From: Octopus vulgaris
Lineage: Eukaryota
Direction of reading: 5' to 3'
DNA: 64,000 nucleotides
Assembly: GCA_951406725.2 (NCBI GenBank)
Contig: OX597819.1
Span: 122,016,001 to 122,080,000 of the forward strand
Of the stretch, positions 1 through 12,838 are shown piece after piece (positions within the stretch are counted from its first letter, which is position 1; each line of letters opens with the position of its first letter). Below the pieces are notes generated by a model. It worked only from the letters and a program-made list of their open reading frames with translations, was not told the origin of the DNA and ran no database searches. The position numbers and the translations under genes were made by a program.

Positions 1-64
<64 letters not shown>

Positions 65-66
<2 letters not shown>

Positions 67-385
67 CCTCAACAGGCCCTGCCCTATTTAACATTGTCCC
101 GAGAGAGATCAAAGAGGAAAAGGATCCCATCAACTTTAAACAGAGTCTGGATAGATTCCTTCAAAGAATACCAGATAAGCCACCCATAATTGGATATAAC
201 TCACCCAACAAGAACTCACTACTTGAACAAAACTGGATACAACTCACCCAACAAGAACTCACAACTTGAACAAAACTTGACTTAAACAAAACTTGACTTA
301 AACAGGATTCGAATAATCCTATCAGGTGGTGCTATTAAGTTAGACATGGCCTGGACCAATCTTTGGTCGAAACATATCTAAGTTT
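65..385 (+). mobile_element. 3' end of a CR1/L2-type non-LTR retrotransposon (5'-truncated)
   Basis: Reads GPALFNIVPREIKEEKDPINFKQSLDRFLQRIPDKP, resembling the C-terminus of CR1/L2 ORF2; followed by a 3' UTR with short internal duplications; abuts a (TA)n tract. Confidence 0.55.
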
Positions 386-425
386 TTTATCTAAGTTTTT
401 ATATACATATATATATATATATACG

Positions 426-848
426 GGCAGGAGTGGCTGTGTAGTAAGTAACTTACTTACCAAGCATATGGTTCAGGGTTCAGTCCCACTGCGTGGCACC
501 TTGGGTAAGTTTCTTTCACTACAACCTCGGGCCGACCAAAGCCTTATGAATGGATTTGGTAGACGGAAACTGAAAGAAGCTCGTCGTATATATGTTTATA
601 TATATATACATACATACATATATATATATATGTATGTGTGTTTATAAGTTTGTGTGTCTGTGTTGACAACCGATGCTGGTGTGTTTACGTCCCCGTAACT
701 TATCGGTTCGGCATAAGAGACGATAGAAGAAGTAATAGGCTTACAAAGAATAAGTCTTGGGGTCTATTTGCTCGACTAAACACGGCGTTCCAGCATGGCT
801 GCAGTAAATTGACTGAAACAAGTAAAATAGTAAAATAGTAAAAGAGTA
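426..848 (+). mobile_element. SINE family B: tRNA-like head, CORE-like segment, internal (TA)n/(TG)n microsatellite, conserved 3' module
   Basis: Head ggagtggctgtgtggtaag with B-box-like gggttcagtccc, then ggcaccttgggcaagtg and a tail ending (gtaaaaga)n; many other copies in the window. Confidence 0.85.
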
Positions 849-955
849 TATACATATATACGACGGGCTTCATTCATTTTCCATCTACCAGAAAACCACC
901 GAATGCTAAAACATACGCATGCATATATTCAAAAGAAATATGTATGTATAGGCGG

Positions 956-1020
<65 letters not shown>

Positions 1021-1079
1021 CAAACACACACACACACACACATGCTGATTTAAGGTTATTAGTTTAAAGTCAGTTCAGA

Positions 1080-1290
1080 CGGCGAGCTGGCAGAATCGTT
1101 AGCACGCCGGGCACAATGCTTAGCGATATTTCGTCTCTACATTCTGAGTTCAAATTCCGCCGAGGTCGACTTTGCCTTTCATCTTTTTTACGGTCGATAA
1201 AATAAGTACCAGTTTAACACTTGGGTTGATGTAATCGACTTGGCCTCTGTTCCGAAATTACTGGCTTTGTACAAAAATTAGAAACCATTA
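1080..1290 (+). mobile_element. SINE family A (tRNA-derived)
   Basis: ggcgagctggcagaatcgttagcacgccggg head, gagttcaaattcc B-box, gtcgactttgcctttcatc body; over 20 copies or fragments in the window (e.g. 2700-2895, 3655-3830, 11897-12115, 19290-20270, 29135-29360, 39680-39912, 40281-40672, 50243-50476, 55948-56355). Confidence 0.85.
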
Positions 1291-1879
1291 CATTCATACA
1301 CACACACACAAAACTATTTATTGTTGTATATAAGAGAAGGAGCGGGGCTTAGAGATTAAGATGGATTCACTATCGTGATTTCAATTGCCGAGCAGTGCAG
1401 TGAGCTTTTGCGTACAACCTTTCATTTTGCGTTGCTTTACAAGCACTTCGACACCTGACGTGCGGCACATCATCCACTTGTAGAGGCAATCCCGATTTAA
1501 CGGAGGATGTGAGCTAATGTACTGTACAAACATTTATTCTCTATAAATAAATCATCTGTGAAAGTTGTTCAGCAAGAAATTTCGGAATCCCCATATTTTA
1601 TCTAAGATAGGAGAGTCCCCGAAAAATGTATATAAACCAAAAACAATATATACACACTCCAGAGAAAGAAAAACAGGTAGAAATATTTCAATACTAAATT
1701 TAGACATAAGACTGATATAAGTTGCTTTTAACTTTTTTCCTTTATTTTTGCCCTTTATTTTTGTAAGTGGACAAATCAGTCGAATTACCAGAGGTCATTG
1801 TCTAGTGTGCATTGACGTCAAGAGGTTTTCTTTGAAGATACACTTTGTGGTCAAGTGTACTTAGACATCCTACACACGT

Positions 1880-2250
1880 CCATTTTACCTGCCTTACATG
1901 TAATTTTTTCTTTCAGAAAAACGTCACACAGCAAGACTACCGCCGAGACTTGCGAGCTTACCTGGATGAGAATTCTCAAAGATACTAGATCGTACGAAGA
2001 GGGTGCCGTTGCGTTTACTGCACGTCTTCCTGATTTACTACCTGCAGGCTTTTCCTCATGAGGTACCCAAAAGAATGTCATGTATCTCAGAAAACAGGCT
2101 ACACTGACGTCCTTCGGGAATAGATTGTAAGGGCATGTACAGTAATCCCACTGGATACTAAGCTTGAAGATCCACCCACCACCCGTGATAGACTGGCGGT
2201 TGCACGGGCGCGAAAGCTACGTTGTTATCCTCATTCCGTAAACCGTGGGT
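1880..2250 (+). pseudogene. Decayed Tc1/mariner-superfamily transposase C-terminal fragment
   Basis: AFTARLPDLLPAGFSS*GTQKNVMY aligns by eye with the WPARSPDLTPxDFFLWGxLKxxVY motif; contains a stop codon. Confidence 0.5.
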
Positions 2251-2329
2251 TATAACGGGTGGAGAGCTGAACCACCCTGGGGTATATAGGATTTGCAATC
2301 TAGGGTCTGAAAGTTTACCACATCATAGT

Positions 2330-2554
2330 TGGTTACACCATGGTTCCTCTGCTTCGTGGCAGGAGTAGGAAGAAAGAGTGAGAGAAAGTTGTGGTGAAAG
2401 AGTATAGCGGGGTTCACCACGACCACCCGCCGGAGCCTCGTGGAGCTTAGGTGTTTTTGCTCAATAAACATTCACAATGTACGGTCTGGGAATCGAAACC
2501 GCGTTCTTACGACCGCGAGTCCGCTGTCCTAACCACTGGGCCATTGCGCCTCCA
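2330..2554 (-). mobile_element. SINE family C (tRNA-derived head), truncated copy
   Basis: Reverse complement of ggaggcgcaatggcccagtggttag...ggtttcgattccc; same head as 9871-10257. Confidence 0.8.
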
Positions 2555-3892
2555 CTTGACGTTGGTGTTGCCTTGGCGGAGGTTTGCATTCTCTGAGGGC
2601 TCTTGTTACTAATGTAGTGAGGTCGATAGCATCTACTAATCATCTCCCTTCAGAACCGATGACCTTGTGTCTTAATATTATTGACAATTATTAATACATA
2701 TTTCTTTATTACCCACAAGGGGCTAAACATAGAGGGGACAAACATGGACAGACATAGGTTTTAAGTCGATTATATCGACCCCAGTGCGTAACTGGTACTT
2801 AATTTATCGACCCCGAAAGGATGAAAGGCAAATTCGACCTCGGCGGAATTTGAACTCACAACGTAACGGCAGCCGAAATACCGCTAAGCATTAGTAGAGA
2901 ACCAGACAGAGGACACTGCTGTAATTGTTCCGGAACTTTGTACTTCATCCCAAACCTTGCTCATTTTCTCCTTCTTTCATCCCTCCTGTATACATTACGA
3001 GTCAAGTGCTTGTACATCCTTTTCAGCTTTTAGCTGTCACATCTTCGATGTTTATTACGTTTAGAGGGAGGCTATCGATAACGGTGTTTCTTTCTGCTTG
3101 TTCTACATGGATGCTTAGAAGAATAAGTAAAAAAAAAATAAGGTGCGTGCTGGCACCAAGTCATACTCGATCGCGGGTGACGGACCAGATTTTACTCTAT
3201 TGGTCTATGAAGTATTTATGTTTTATCTGCTACTTATTTCATTGGACTGCGGTCATGCTGGGGGACCTCTTTGAAGAGTTTAATCAAACATATCAACCAC
3301 AATACTAATATTTAAGTCTGATATTTGTCTTATGGTTTTCTTTTGTTCAATTCAATTAAGTTATGCGAAATTAGTTAACAGTTTTTATTTCATAGCTTAG
3401 AACTTTAACACCTATTAGACATAAAATATAATGAACACAATTTCTGTCATTTGTGCGCGTTTAAGAAATATATAGCGGCAGCATTGTTGACCAAATCGAT
3501 CCACAACGACTAATTGATACATGAGTTATCGATCATTGTGTAATAAAAGGCAAATTCGAACTGGACGAGATCTGAACTGAGAACATATAAGCGAGAGACG
3601 TGGTTAAATATCACAAACAGTTGTATTACATCTCGATCGATTCTGCAAGCTAAAATTCTTTCTACTATAAACACAAGAGCAGAAATTTTGAAGGGAAGGG
3701 TAGTCGATTACATCAACCCCAGTGTTCAACTGGTACTTATATTTTCGACCCGAAAGGATGAAAGGAAAAGGCGATTATGTAAGAACGTAAGGCAGGAAGA
3801 AATGCTGCTAAGCATTTTGTCGGGCCTTTCTGCAAATTAAAATAATAAATTAAATAGCAAAAGAAAATGAATAAATATTTCCTCCTACTTAC

Positions 3893-4172
3893 TGTAACGG
3901 CCTCCATAGACTTCCTGGTTACAATCATTGAACCGACTGTTTTTAAAGACACAGGTTTGGTAAGCTTGTGAAAATACAAGACCATTATTACAGACGATTG
4001 GAAATGGAATCGCTAAACCAGCGTAACAATTGAAGAATATGCTGCAATTTCGAGGTGAGCGAACTAGAGTGTTATATGAATTTTGTCTCAATTTCTGACA
4101 GAGTTTCCACAAATCTTGGCAGAAGATTGTGGAAAGGGACGCTAAAAGTACAAAAAAGCATAAGATCCTCAT
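3893..4172 (-). CDS. First coding exon of a secreted chitin-binding protein (signal peptide plus CBM14/peritrophin-A domain; obstructor/CPAP-like); gene continues beyond the left edge
   Basis: ATG at 4172 gives MRILCFFVLLASLSTIFCQ (hydrophobic signal), then DLWKLCQ...SPRNCSIFFNCYAG...IVCNNGLVFSQAYQTCVFKNSRFNDC with the 6-Cys CBM14 spacing; phase-1 donor A|GTAAGT at 3893/3892; candidate acceptor ttgtttacag ending at 4211. Confidence 0.9.
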
Positions 4173-4515
4173 GATTCTGGTGAGTATTACACCAGAAACT
4201 GTATTTGTCACTGTAAACAATGTCTATATGATTGTTTATCGTTCTGATTTGCAAATAAGCCTATAGATGTTTTAAATATCACTGAAGTAAATTTTTTTTT
4301 ATGGCTGCTTAGTTTTCTGGGGGGTTTTCTCTTGTTTTGGTTAGGATTATGAGTTAGTCCACGAAGAAGTACACGTTAATGTTTCCCAAAGAAATAAACT
4401 AAGGTTTTTGAAAGACAACGTTTTTATACAATGAAATACAGTGAAATTTGAGCCACGAAGACTTATGCAATGAAGAACAAAACGCAAAACACATTCAACG
4501 CATAATCACATGCAC

Positions 4516-4529
4516 ATATATATAATGTA

Positions 4530-4604
<75 letters not shown>

Positions 4605-4777
4605 GTGTGTATATATATATACATATATATGTATATACATATATATATATGTATATATCTATATGTATATATTTATAAATATATATGTATAAATGTGTGA
4701 TTAAATATATTTATGTTTGTGCATCTGTGTATGTATGTATATCTATGTATGCATATATGTATTTATCTATTCATATA

Positions 4778-4838
<61 letters not shown>

Positions 4839-4946
4839 ATATATATGTGCATATATGTATTATATATGTATATATGTATATACGTATAGATATATATATA
4901 TGAACACATGCATATTTATACACACAGACACAGAGACACACACAAA

Positions 4947-4984
<38 letters not shown>

Positions 4985-5371
4985 TACATATATAAGGTAG
5001 CTAGCTAGATAGGGATATATAGGTATACACATATACACATACAAACACACATAAACACACACATGCAACACACACACACACACACACACACATATGAAGT
5101 CAAACAAATCTGTTCCCTTATATAATAGAACAGAGTGAATTCAAAAATCATACCTAATCCATATGATTGTGTTACAGTTTAGTTTGAGTTTATAGAACTA
5201 GTAGCAATTAAATCGCGTTGCATAAAAGATGTTTTGTTATTCGCTAGACTGTAATATTAGATGCTTTTCCCAGCTTACATTTACTTATAAATATTAGCCC
5301 GAGAAGTAAATAAAATATTTTCAAACTATTTCATAATTACACACGTGCATATGTAAGATCAGAGGTACACA

Positions 5372-5427
<56 letters not shown>

Positions 5428-5447
5428 CATATATTTCATATCTAAGT

Positions 5448-5485
<38 letters not shown>

Positions 5486-5601
5486 CATACAGAGAGGATG
5501 AGAGGTAAATTGATGTATTGATAGAGAGATAGATACAAATATATATTTATATATATTTATATATATATATGTATATATATTTATATATATATATGTATGT
5601 G

Positions 5602-5644
<43 letters not shown>

Positions 5645-5664
5645 ATGTATACATATATATCTAA

Positions 5665-5713
<49 letters not shown>

Positions 5714-5745
5714 TATATAAGTATGTATATATGTATATATTGTAT
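4516..5745. repeat. Compound (TA)n/(CA)n/(TG)n microsatellite region
   Basis: Direct reading; source of the spurious YIYI ORFs. Confidence 0.95.
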
Positions 5746-6211
5746 AGACAGCTAGTGAGGGGGGAGAGGGATCAAAAGGCATATACAGGTAATATATGTG
5801 CGATCGACAGATAGATAGATCAGGTAGATTTATTCCATTATGTATGAGATTAAAGAGATTAAATACGGGTTTCCGAAATGCTCGAAAAGTAGTAAATATT
5901 TGTTTTGTTCCACATTTGTGCCATGAACTCCAGACATTTAGAGAAAATCCAATAATTATATGCCTAAAGCCTTCTCAATCACTTTCGTTACGTAAGCAGA
6001 AGGATATTGGCAGCATTTTACGTTTTACAGGGCTTAACATTCAAAAATATTGTGCTGGGCATGTGTGTGTGTGTGTGTGTATGTGCACTATTTCAGATAG
6101 ATACTATTTCAGATATATAGGTATATATAAATATATATAAAATATCATAATCAAAACAGTGATTATGCTAACCATCACACAATATACATACAAATGTACA
6201 TTATATATAAT

Positions 6212-6245
<34 letters not shown>

Positions 6246-6379
6246 CATATATACATGTGTGTGTGTGTATCTTAAACCCCCCCCCTAAAGAAAAACGAAG
6301 GCAAACAAAAGAAAACAACAACGCAAGGTTGTGGTGCATGTAAAGTATTAGCAGACGCTCAGGGAAGGAAAGAAAGGTG

Positions 6380-6414
6380 GTTTAACGTTTCGAGCAGTGC
6401 TCTTCTTCAGCAAC
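6380..6414 (-). ncRNA. Minimal type-I hammerhead ribozyme (stem I mismatch) in a Penelope-like fragment (about 6290-6495)
   Basis: Minus strand GTTG-CTGAAGA-A-GAGC act GCTC-GAAA-CGT-T-AAAC: core, stem II, palindromic ACGT stem III, GUU site; first stem I pair mismatched. Confidence 0.55.
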
Positions 6415-6491
6415 AGAGGAAAGTCCAATAGAAAAGGAAGACGGAAAAGGAAAATCGCCAACGATTCACATGTGGTTACATTCTGAAATGC

Positions 6492-6545
<54 letters not shown>

Positions 6546-6654
6546 GAGAAAGAAGCAACAAGAATGGATTCATATATCATATATATATATATATATATTC
6601 ATAAATTCTTTGGATACTTAATATATTGCATATATATATATATATTTAATAAAT

Positions 6655-7040
6655 AAAATATATGCATACATACATACATACATACATATATGTACGTACC
6701 TACATCTACATGTATATATACATGCATATATAAATATAGGTATGTGAGTACAGGACACCACAAATAGACGTAGAACTCAACGAGAAACGAAAACGTAAAA
6801 ACAAACATGGAAACGGACTTTTTTTAACAACGAAAAAACAGAGTACAAGACAAACAATACAAGGAAAATTCCCCTTCGTCAGCTGTCCCTAGTTCGACTC
6901 CATGCGTATTTCGAAGGTAAGCACAGAACACGACTCGTCGAACTAGCTCTTCCTGCGAAAGAATTAAATAAAATTCCTTTAGAGAAGGGTAAAAACAAGG
7001 AAAGAAAACAATGTGACAAAAACAGGACGTAAAAACAATA
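6655..7040. mobile_element. Dispersed repeat of about 390 bp in (TA)n, probably a Penelope-like terminal fragment; second copy at 42920-43320
   Basis: Both copies share gtacgtaccta...gagtacaggacacca...gagaaacgaaaac...ttcctgcgaaa...aacaggac and are flanked by TA/TG microsatellite. Confidence 0.55.
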
Positions 7041-7319
7041 TATATATATATATATATATATAAAGTAATTCCAACTTTGATTTTTCACGCTTTATTTACA
7101 ATCTTAAATTAATATACGATAAAATAATATAATGAAATGACAGTACATCAAATGTCCATTCTGATTGAACTAGTACTTTCATGCATTCAACTATGCATGC
7201 AGAGTTCATTATATTATATTATCTTATATTATCATAAGATTGTAAATAAAACGTGAAAATCAGACAACGTTGGAATTTCTTTGAGTAATATATTCTTCTA
7301 TACACAATCATACACTTCC

Positions 7320-7360
<41 letters not shown>

Positions 7361-7517
7361 TGTATATATACATATACACACACACCACACACGCACACAT
7401 ATATATGTATATATGTATGTATATACATGAATATGTACATATTCACATATTCATGTATATACATACATATATGCATACATATATGCGTACATATGTGTGT
7501 GTGTGGTGTGTGTGTAT

Positions 7518-7574
<57 letters not shown>

Positions 7575-7953
7575 ATATTAGAGGTGGAAGTACAATTATT
7601 AGCGAATGACAATCTTTATACCCTACTTGACTTGAATGTATCGTAAGAACGCCGTAATACTGTGGTATTCGTTCCGAGAAAACCTCTCGTATACACGTTT
7701 AGTGCTTAGAATGACAGAAATAGCAGGAGCAGACAAGAAATGTCTTGCACCGTCGCTGAAACTACTAAATCATATGATTTCAACGTGTCTACGAATCATC
7801 GGCAGCAGGTATCACCGCTTGCTAACCAAATCTCACATCCAATGATATATTGGAAGAAAAGAGTGACTAATCAGATTCCGGTGTCGCAGGTCTGAATAAC
7901 TTTACTTAATGTGGATGGATTGTAAGACTCGGTATGTTTGTATGTCTACTATA

Positions 7954-8256
7954 CGTTCGTTCCCTCTCGCGCCATCTCTGGCTCATAAGGGCCGGTTTCC
8001 TGGTTTCCTTGGTGTATAGGTTCCCTACATGGACGGGCCGCCTGTCCGTCGCAGGTGAGCTGCAAGATGCAGGAGGAAAGAGTGAAAGAAAGTTCTGGCG
8101 AAAGAGTCGGTGGAGGTTTGCCATTACCCTCTGCCGGAGCCGCGTGGAGCTTAGGTTTTTCGCTCATAAACACACACATCACCAGGTCTGAGATTCGAAC
8201 CTGCGATCCCTCGACTGTGAGTCCGCTGCTCTAACCACTACGCCATGCGCCTCCAC
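7954..8256 (-). mobile_element. SINE family C head with an alternative (RTE-like) 3' tail
   Basis: Family C head and body, tail containing ccggcccttatgagccag; flanked by direct repeat tgtctactata. Confidence 0.75.
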
Positions 8257-8289
8257 GTGTCTACTATATAGGTTGATATATATATCATT

Positions 8290-8580
8290 GCTTCATACAT
8301 TGTGCAGTGTCTTCCCTGTTCTCTAGCTTCAGATATGAAGTAAAGTGTTAAACAACCATGGTGCACAGATTAATGGCTCCTGTTCTGTGGAACTACTACA
8401 TTTGATGTGTATACAAACGGAGGGCCTACCTGTTCCTCTAGGATTGGCCATGTGATGTAGATACCACTGATGAGACACCGATAAGGATCGAAAACTGATT
8501 AAGGTGGTTCAGAGGAACATGTGCGTATGTCTAAGTTTTACATATATTCTTTTGTCTCTCCAAGTAAAAAATAAATTTTA
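8290..8580 (+). mobile_element. Penelope-like terminal remnant with a degenerate hammerhead core (8464-8508)
   Basis: ACCA-CTGATGA-gacaccgataaggatc-GAAA...TGGT followed by AATAAA; cleavage triplet non-canonical. Confidence 0.4.
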
Positions 8581-9870
8581 GGACATTGCTTGGTATTACA
8601 GAATTCTAAAAAAACTATATACGCAAAACCACGTGAGGCGTTTCAGAACTGTTCTACATATTTTTACTATATTGTGATATTATTGGTAAGGGTTATTGCC
8701 AAATAGTGTATTATTATTTGGTACTTTCTCAAAATAATCTTTGCTTAGTTTTTTCGTGGCATATCAAAGACCAGCGATGTATATTGATAAAAATATGAAA
8801 ATAATCAAAAGAACGGTGATTTTATATTATATAACTATTACATTCAATAGTTTTCTTTGTGCTAATTTTGGACAAGATATTTACACTAAACCTCCACGTA
8901 ATTTCATTCATTCATCTATATATTTGAACTGTTCTGTTATCAATTGATAAGATTGTGTATTTATGAGTATTTGTATGTAATATTGAATGTTTGTTTGGGT
9001 GTGTCTATTACAGCAAAGTAATCGCCGTTCACTTTTGTTAGTGTTTAGACAGCGTCAACACTTTTTCTGTCTTTGTATTCACGTGTTTTCCACTGTATGT
9101 CTACGAATCTATCTTTATATGCGCGTGTGTGAATGGATCTGTGTATTCATGTGCCTTGTGAGCGACATAACAGAGAGAAATGAATGAATTTGATCAATGA
9201 GTACATTTATAATCTTAGTAGGAAAATTGTAGATTTCCTAACAGTTGTCCACACACGATATTTTTTAAGATTTTGGCTGTGTGGCTTAGAACCTTGCTTT
9301 GCAACGATGCGGTTTCGGTTTCTATTCCACTGCGTGGCAGGTCAGGCAAGTGTCTTCTATTATAGCTCTGAGTCAACCAAAACATTGTGAATGTATTTGC
9401 TAGACGGAAACTGTGTCGAAGCCCGTCGTTATACACATGTGCGTTCGTGCGTGTGTGTTTGCCTCTTGCATCGCCCGATAACCTGTGTTTGTTTGCTTAC
9501 GTCCCATTAAATTAGCGGTTCGACAGAAGATTCCTATAGAATAAGTACCAGACTTAAAAAGATACTGGAGGTTGATACACTAGATATAAATCTTTCCAGG
9601 TGTGCTCCAGCATGGTTCACAACAAGATAAAAGATATAACATCTGTCATTTTAACGGATCTGCATATAGTACAAAATCTTCATTTTCCGTTTCAAAAAAC
9701 TTTGGTAAGTTTGATATATTTAGAATTGGTTGAGATTTTAAATATTTCTTGTTTTGGGATGTCCATAAAATGGATACAACGCGCCCCATCCATCCAGTGG
9801 TAACAGTGAAAATAACAAGTGCTAAAACTTCTGTAAGTGTAGCTTTACTACAAACGGATATCCTGTGTAT

Positions 9871-10257
9871 GGAGGCGCAATGGCCCAGTGGTTAGGGCAG
9901 CGGACTCGCGGTCATAGGATCGCGGTTTCGATTCCCAGACCGGGCGTTGTGAGTGTTTATTGAGCGAAAACACCTAAAAGCTCCACGAGGCTCCGGCAGG
10001 GGACGGTGGTGATCCCTGCTGTACTCTTTCACCACAACTTTCTCTCACTCTTACTTCCTGTTTCTGTGGTACCTGTATTTCAAGGGGCCGGCCTTGTCAC
10101 TCTCTGTGTCACGCTGAATATCCCCGAGAACTACGTTAAGAGTGCACGTGTCTGTGGAGTGCTCAGCCATTTACACGTTAATTTCACGAGCAGGCTGTTC
10201 CGTTGGTTCTGATCAACCGGAACTCTCATCGTCGTAACCGACGGAGTGCTTCCATCC
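9871..10257 (+). mobile_element. SINE family C, full length
   Basis: A-box tggcccagtgg, B-box ggtttcgattccc, tail ending (ccat)n, TSD atcctgtgtat on both sides; near-identical 5'-truncated copy at 30740-31090. Confidence 0.9.
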
Positions 10258-11214
10258 ATCCTGTGTATGAATTAAAATAACATCCGTCCGGTAGTGGGAC
10301 CCGGTTTGAGAGTTCCAGGAATCTGAGGAACCAGCACTTGCCCATTATTATTCCCTGACGGGTGCTAATACTCTGACCGGGGAGTATTAGCAACGTCAGA
10401 CGTCCAGCTATGTGTTAATTACCATTTTAGGAATTGCCTCAAGAAAAAAGGTACTCAAAGACATTTAAACGTACCTAGGACAATTGAGGCCACTCAGCTC
10501 TTTAACAGTTCATCTAAGAGAATGTAACTTCATACAAATCCCACATCCTAATAACCACTGGACTCGGGACATTTAATACAAGCTTGAAGGCCGAAAGAGT
10601 GTAGAAAAGTTTCTACACATATCTGTCATTTCACCAATTGGGGTTTTGGTCTTGATTCAAATTTTTCACACCAAAAAGTAACAAAAATAATGTCATATTC
10701 GTGGGGTGTAACCTTAAGTAACAGTTTGGCACGGATTAAACGGAGGTTCTTAGTGGTATACGACTTCATGTTTAACAAAATAATAAGCTTTGAACTACTT
10801 GTTATTGCAACGTTTCACCATAGATTAGAGTTAAAGCAATTAACGTGGCCAGTATATATTCGTGTCTTAACGTTGCTAGCTATGTTGGTACCTATGTGCA
10901 GATAGAAGGACTCTGTATTAATTTCAAATTGTCGTTACGTAAGCTAAAGAGTTCTGCGCAATTTTGTAGGTGAAGTGAGGTTAATATCTAAGAAATTTAG
11001 CATGCCATGGTTATTTTGTAATTTAGGTAATTTTTATATCAAAATTTTTGAATGCTTAGTAAGACATTTTCTAAATATATCAAACGTATGCTTGTTGGCA
11101 AGTTGGCATATAGCTAAGCCTACGATCAAAGCCTGTAGTGGATCTATGTTATATAGCCCACTAAATCTCAGCACTATGGTATACTCCCATTCTTATATTC
11201 TTTGATATACTAAG

Positions 11215-11775
11215 CACCAGGCCCGAAATATTTGAGGAGGGGCCCAGTCGATGAGATCGACGCCAGTACGTAACTGGTACTTAATTTATCGACTCCGAAA
11301 GTATGAAAGTAAAGTCGACCGCGTCAGAATTTGAACTCAGAACATAATGACGGGCGAAATACCTATTTCTTTACTACCCACAAGGGGCTAAACACAGAAA
11401 GTACAAACAAGGTTAGATAAATGGATCGATTATATCGACCCCAGTACGTAACTGGTACGTAATTTATCGACTACGAAAAGATGAAAGGCAAAGTCGACCT
11501 CGGCGGAATTTGAACTCAGAACGTAGCGGCAGGCGAAGTATCTATTTCTTTACTACCCATAAGGGGTTAAACACAGAGAGGACAAACAAAGACAGATAAA
11601 GGGATTAAGTCGATTATATCGACCCCAGTGCCTAACTGGTACTTATTTAATCGACCCCGAAAGGATGAAAGGCAAAGTCGACCTCGGCAGAATTCGAACT
11701 CAGAACGTAACGGCAGACGAAATACCGGTAAGCATTTCGCCCGGCGTGCTAACGTGTCTGCCAATTCACCGCCTG
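11215..11775 (-). mobile_element. SINE family A, head plus three tandem body units
   Basis: One head at about 11720-11775 followed by repeated units of about 184 bp. Confidence 0.85.
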
Positions 11776-12451
11776 CATATCCTGTGGCCGTTACATCAGA
11801 ATCTTGGAATTAAATCGTTTAATTTGTGAGACATTAACAAAAAGCTGAGATTTTCTAGCAATATTAATAACGTCTGTCATTATCCGTTATATTGTTAAGG
11901 TGCCGAGCTGGCAGAATCGTTAGCACGCTGGGTGAAATGCCTACCGGTATTTTCCGCGTCGCTACATTCTCAGTTCAAATTCCGCCGCGGTCGACTTTGC
12001 CTTTCATCCTATCGGGGTCGATTAAATAAGAACCAGTTAAATATTGGCGTCGATGTAATCTACAAGCCCCTCTCCACAAATTTCAGACCTGGTGCCTATA
12101 ATAGAAGGGATTATCAATTATATTGTTATTCATCTCAGCAAATTCTAGTCCATTGGCAAGAAAGGACAGAGACGATGGATTAAAATTCTACAATATCGAG
12201 TGTGGTGAATTTTGTGTCATTTTTAACATTTTTATTCATTATTAAATCCAGTAATATCTTTGTAGTATTTTTCTATTATTCGAAGTTGGTTTCTTGACGA
12301 ATCCTTCTGCTTGAAATTTAATTGCAAATTAATCCGATCTTGGATTTCTGAAGATTAATTAATCTATGTAAGAGCTACGAGCAGAATTAAAGTTATTATC
12401 ATGAAGAAATATACACCTAGCGTTTAAATAATATCCTAATTTATAATCTAA

Positions 12452-12715
12452 TCATATATTGCTTAGTTCAGTCAACGGTTGCACAGTTGGAATCACTTGT
12501 CCAAAGATATTTAGGTGACAGTTACTTTCGGTACTGGTTTCGATACTAGAGGTACAAGTAACAGTTTGGTATCCGTTTTCATCCCCACAAAGGTCTAACC
12601 AGTGGCAAGAAATGAAAGACGGGAGTAGCAAACACAAGAAGCATGTAATAACTACAAGCACTAGTGCTCCAACCCAGAGGCACAAACGTTCGATCCCCAA
12701 CCAATTTGGAGGGAA
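12452..12715 (-). pseudogene. Possible decayed CBM14 exon
   Basis: Across frames reads ACSYYML.VFATPVF / SC.TG*TFV / GDENGYQTVTCTSSIETSTESNC, reminiscent of CxxYYxC...CxxGxxF...C...C, but needs 2-3 frameshifts. Confidence 0.3.
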
Positions 12716-12746
12716 GTATGTCTATGTCTCTCTCTCTCTCTTTCTT

Positions 12747-12818
<72 letters not shown>

Positions 12819-12838
12819 CATACATAAATATACTTCTA

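Noticed and set aside
9871-9945. tRNA-like sequences at SINE heads
   Set aside because: No complete acceptor stem or terminator; they continue into SINE bodies with TSDs
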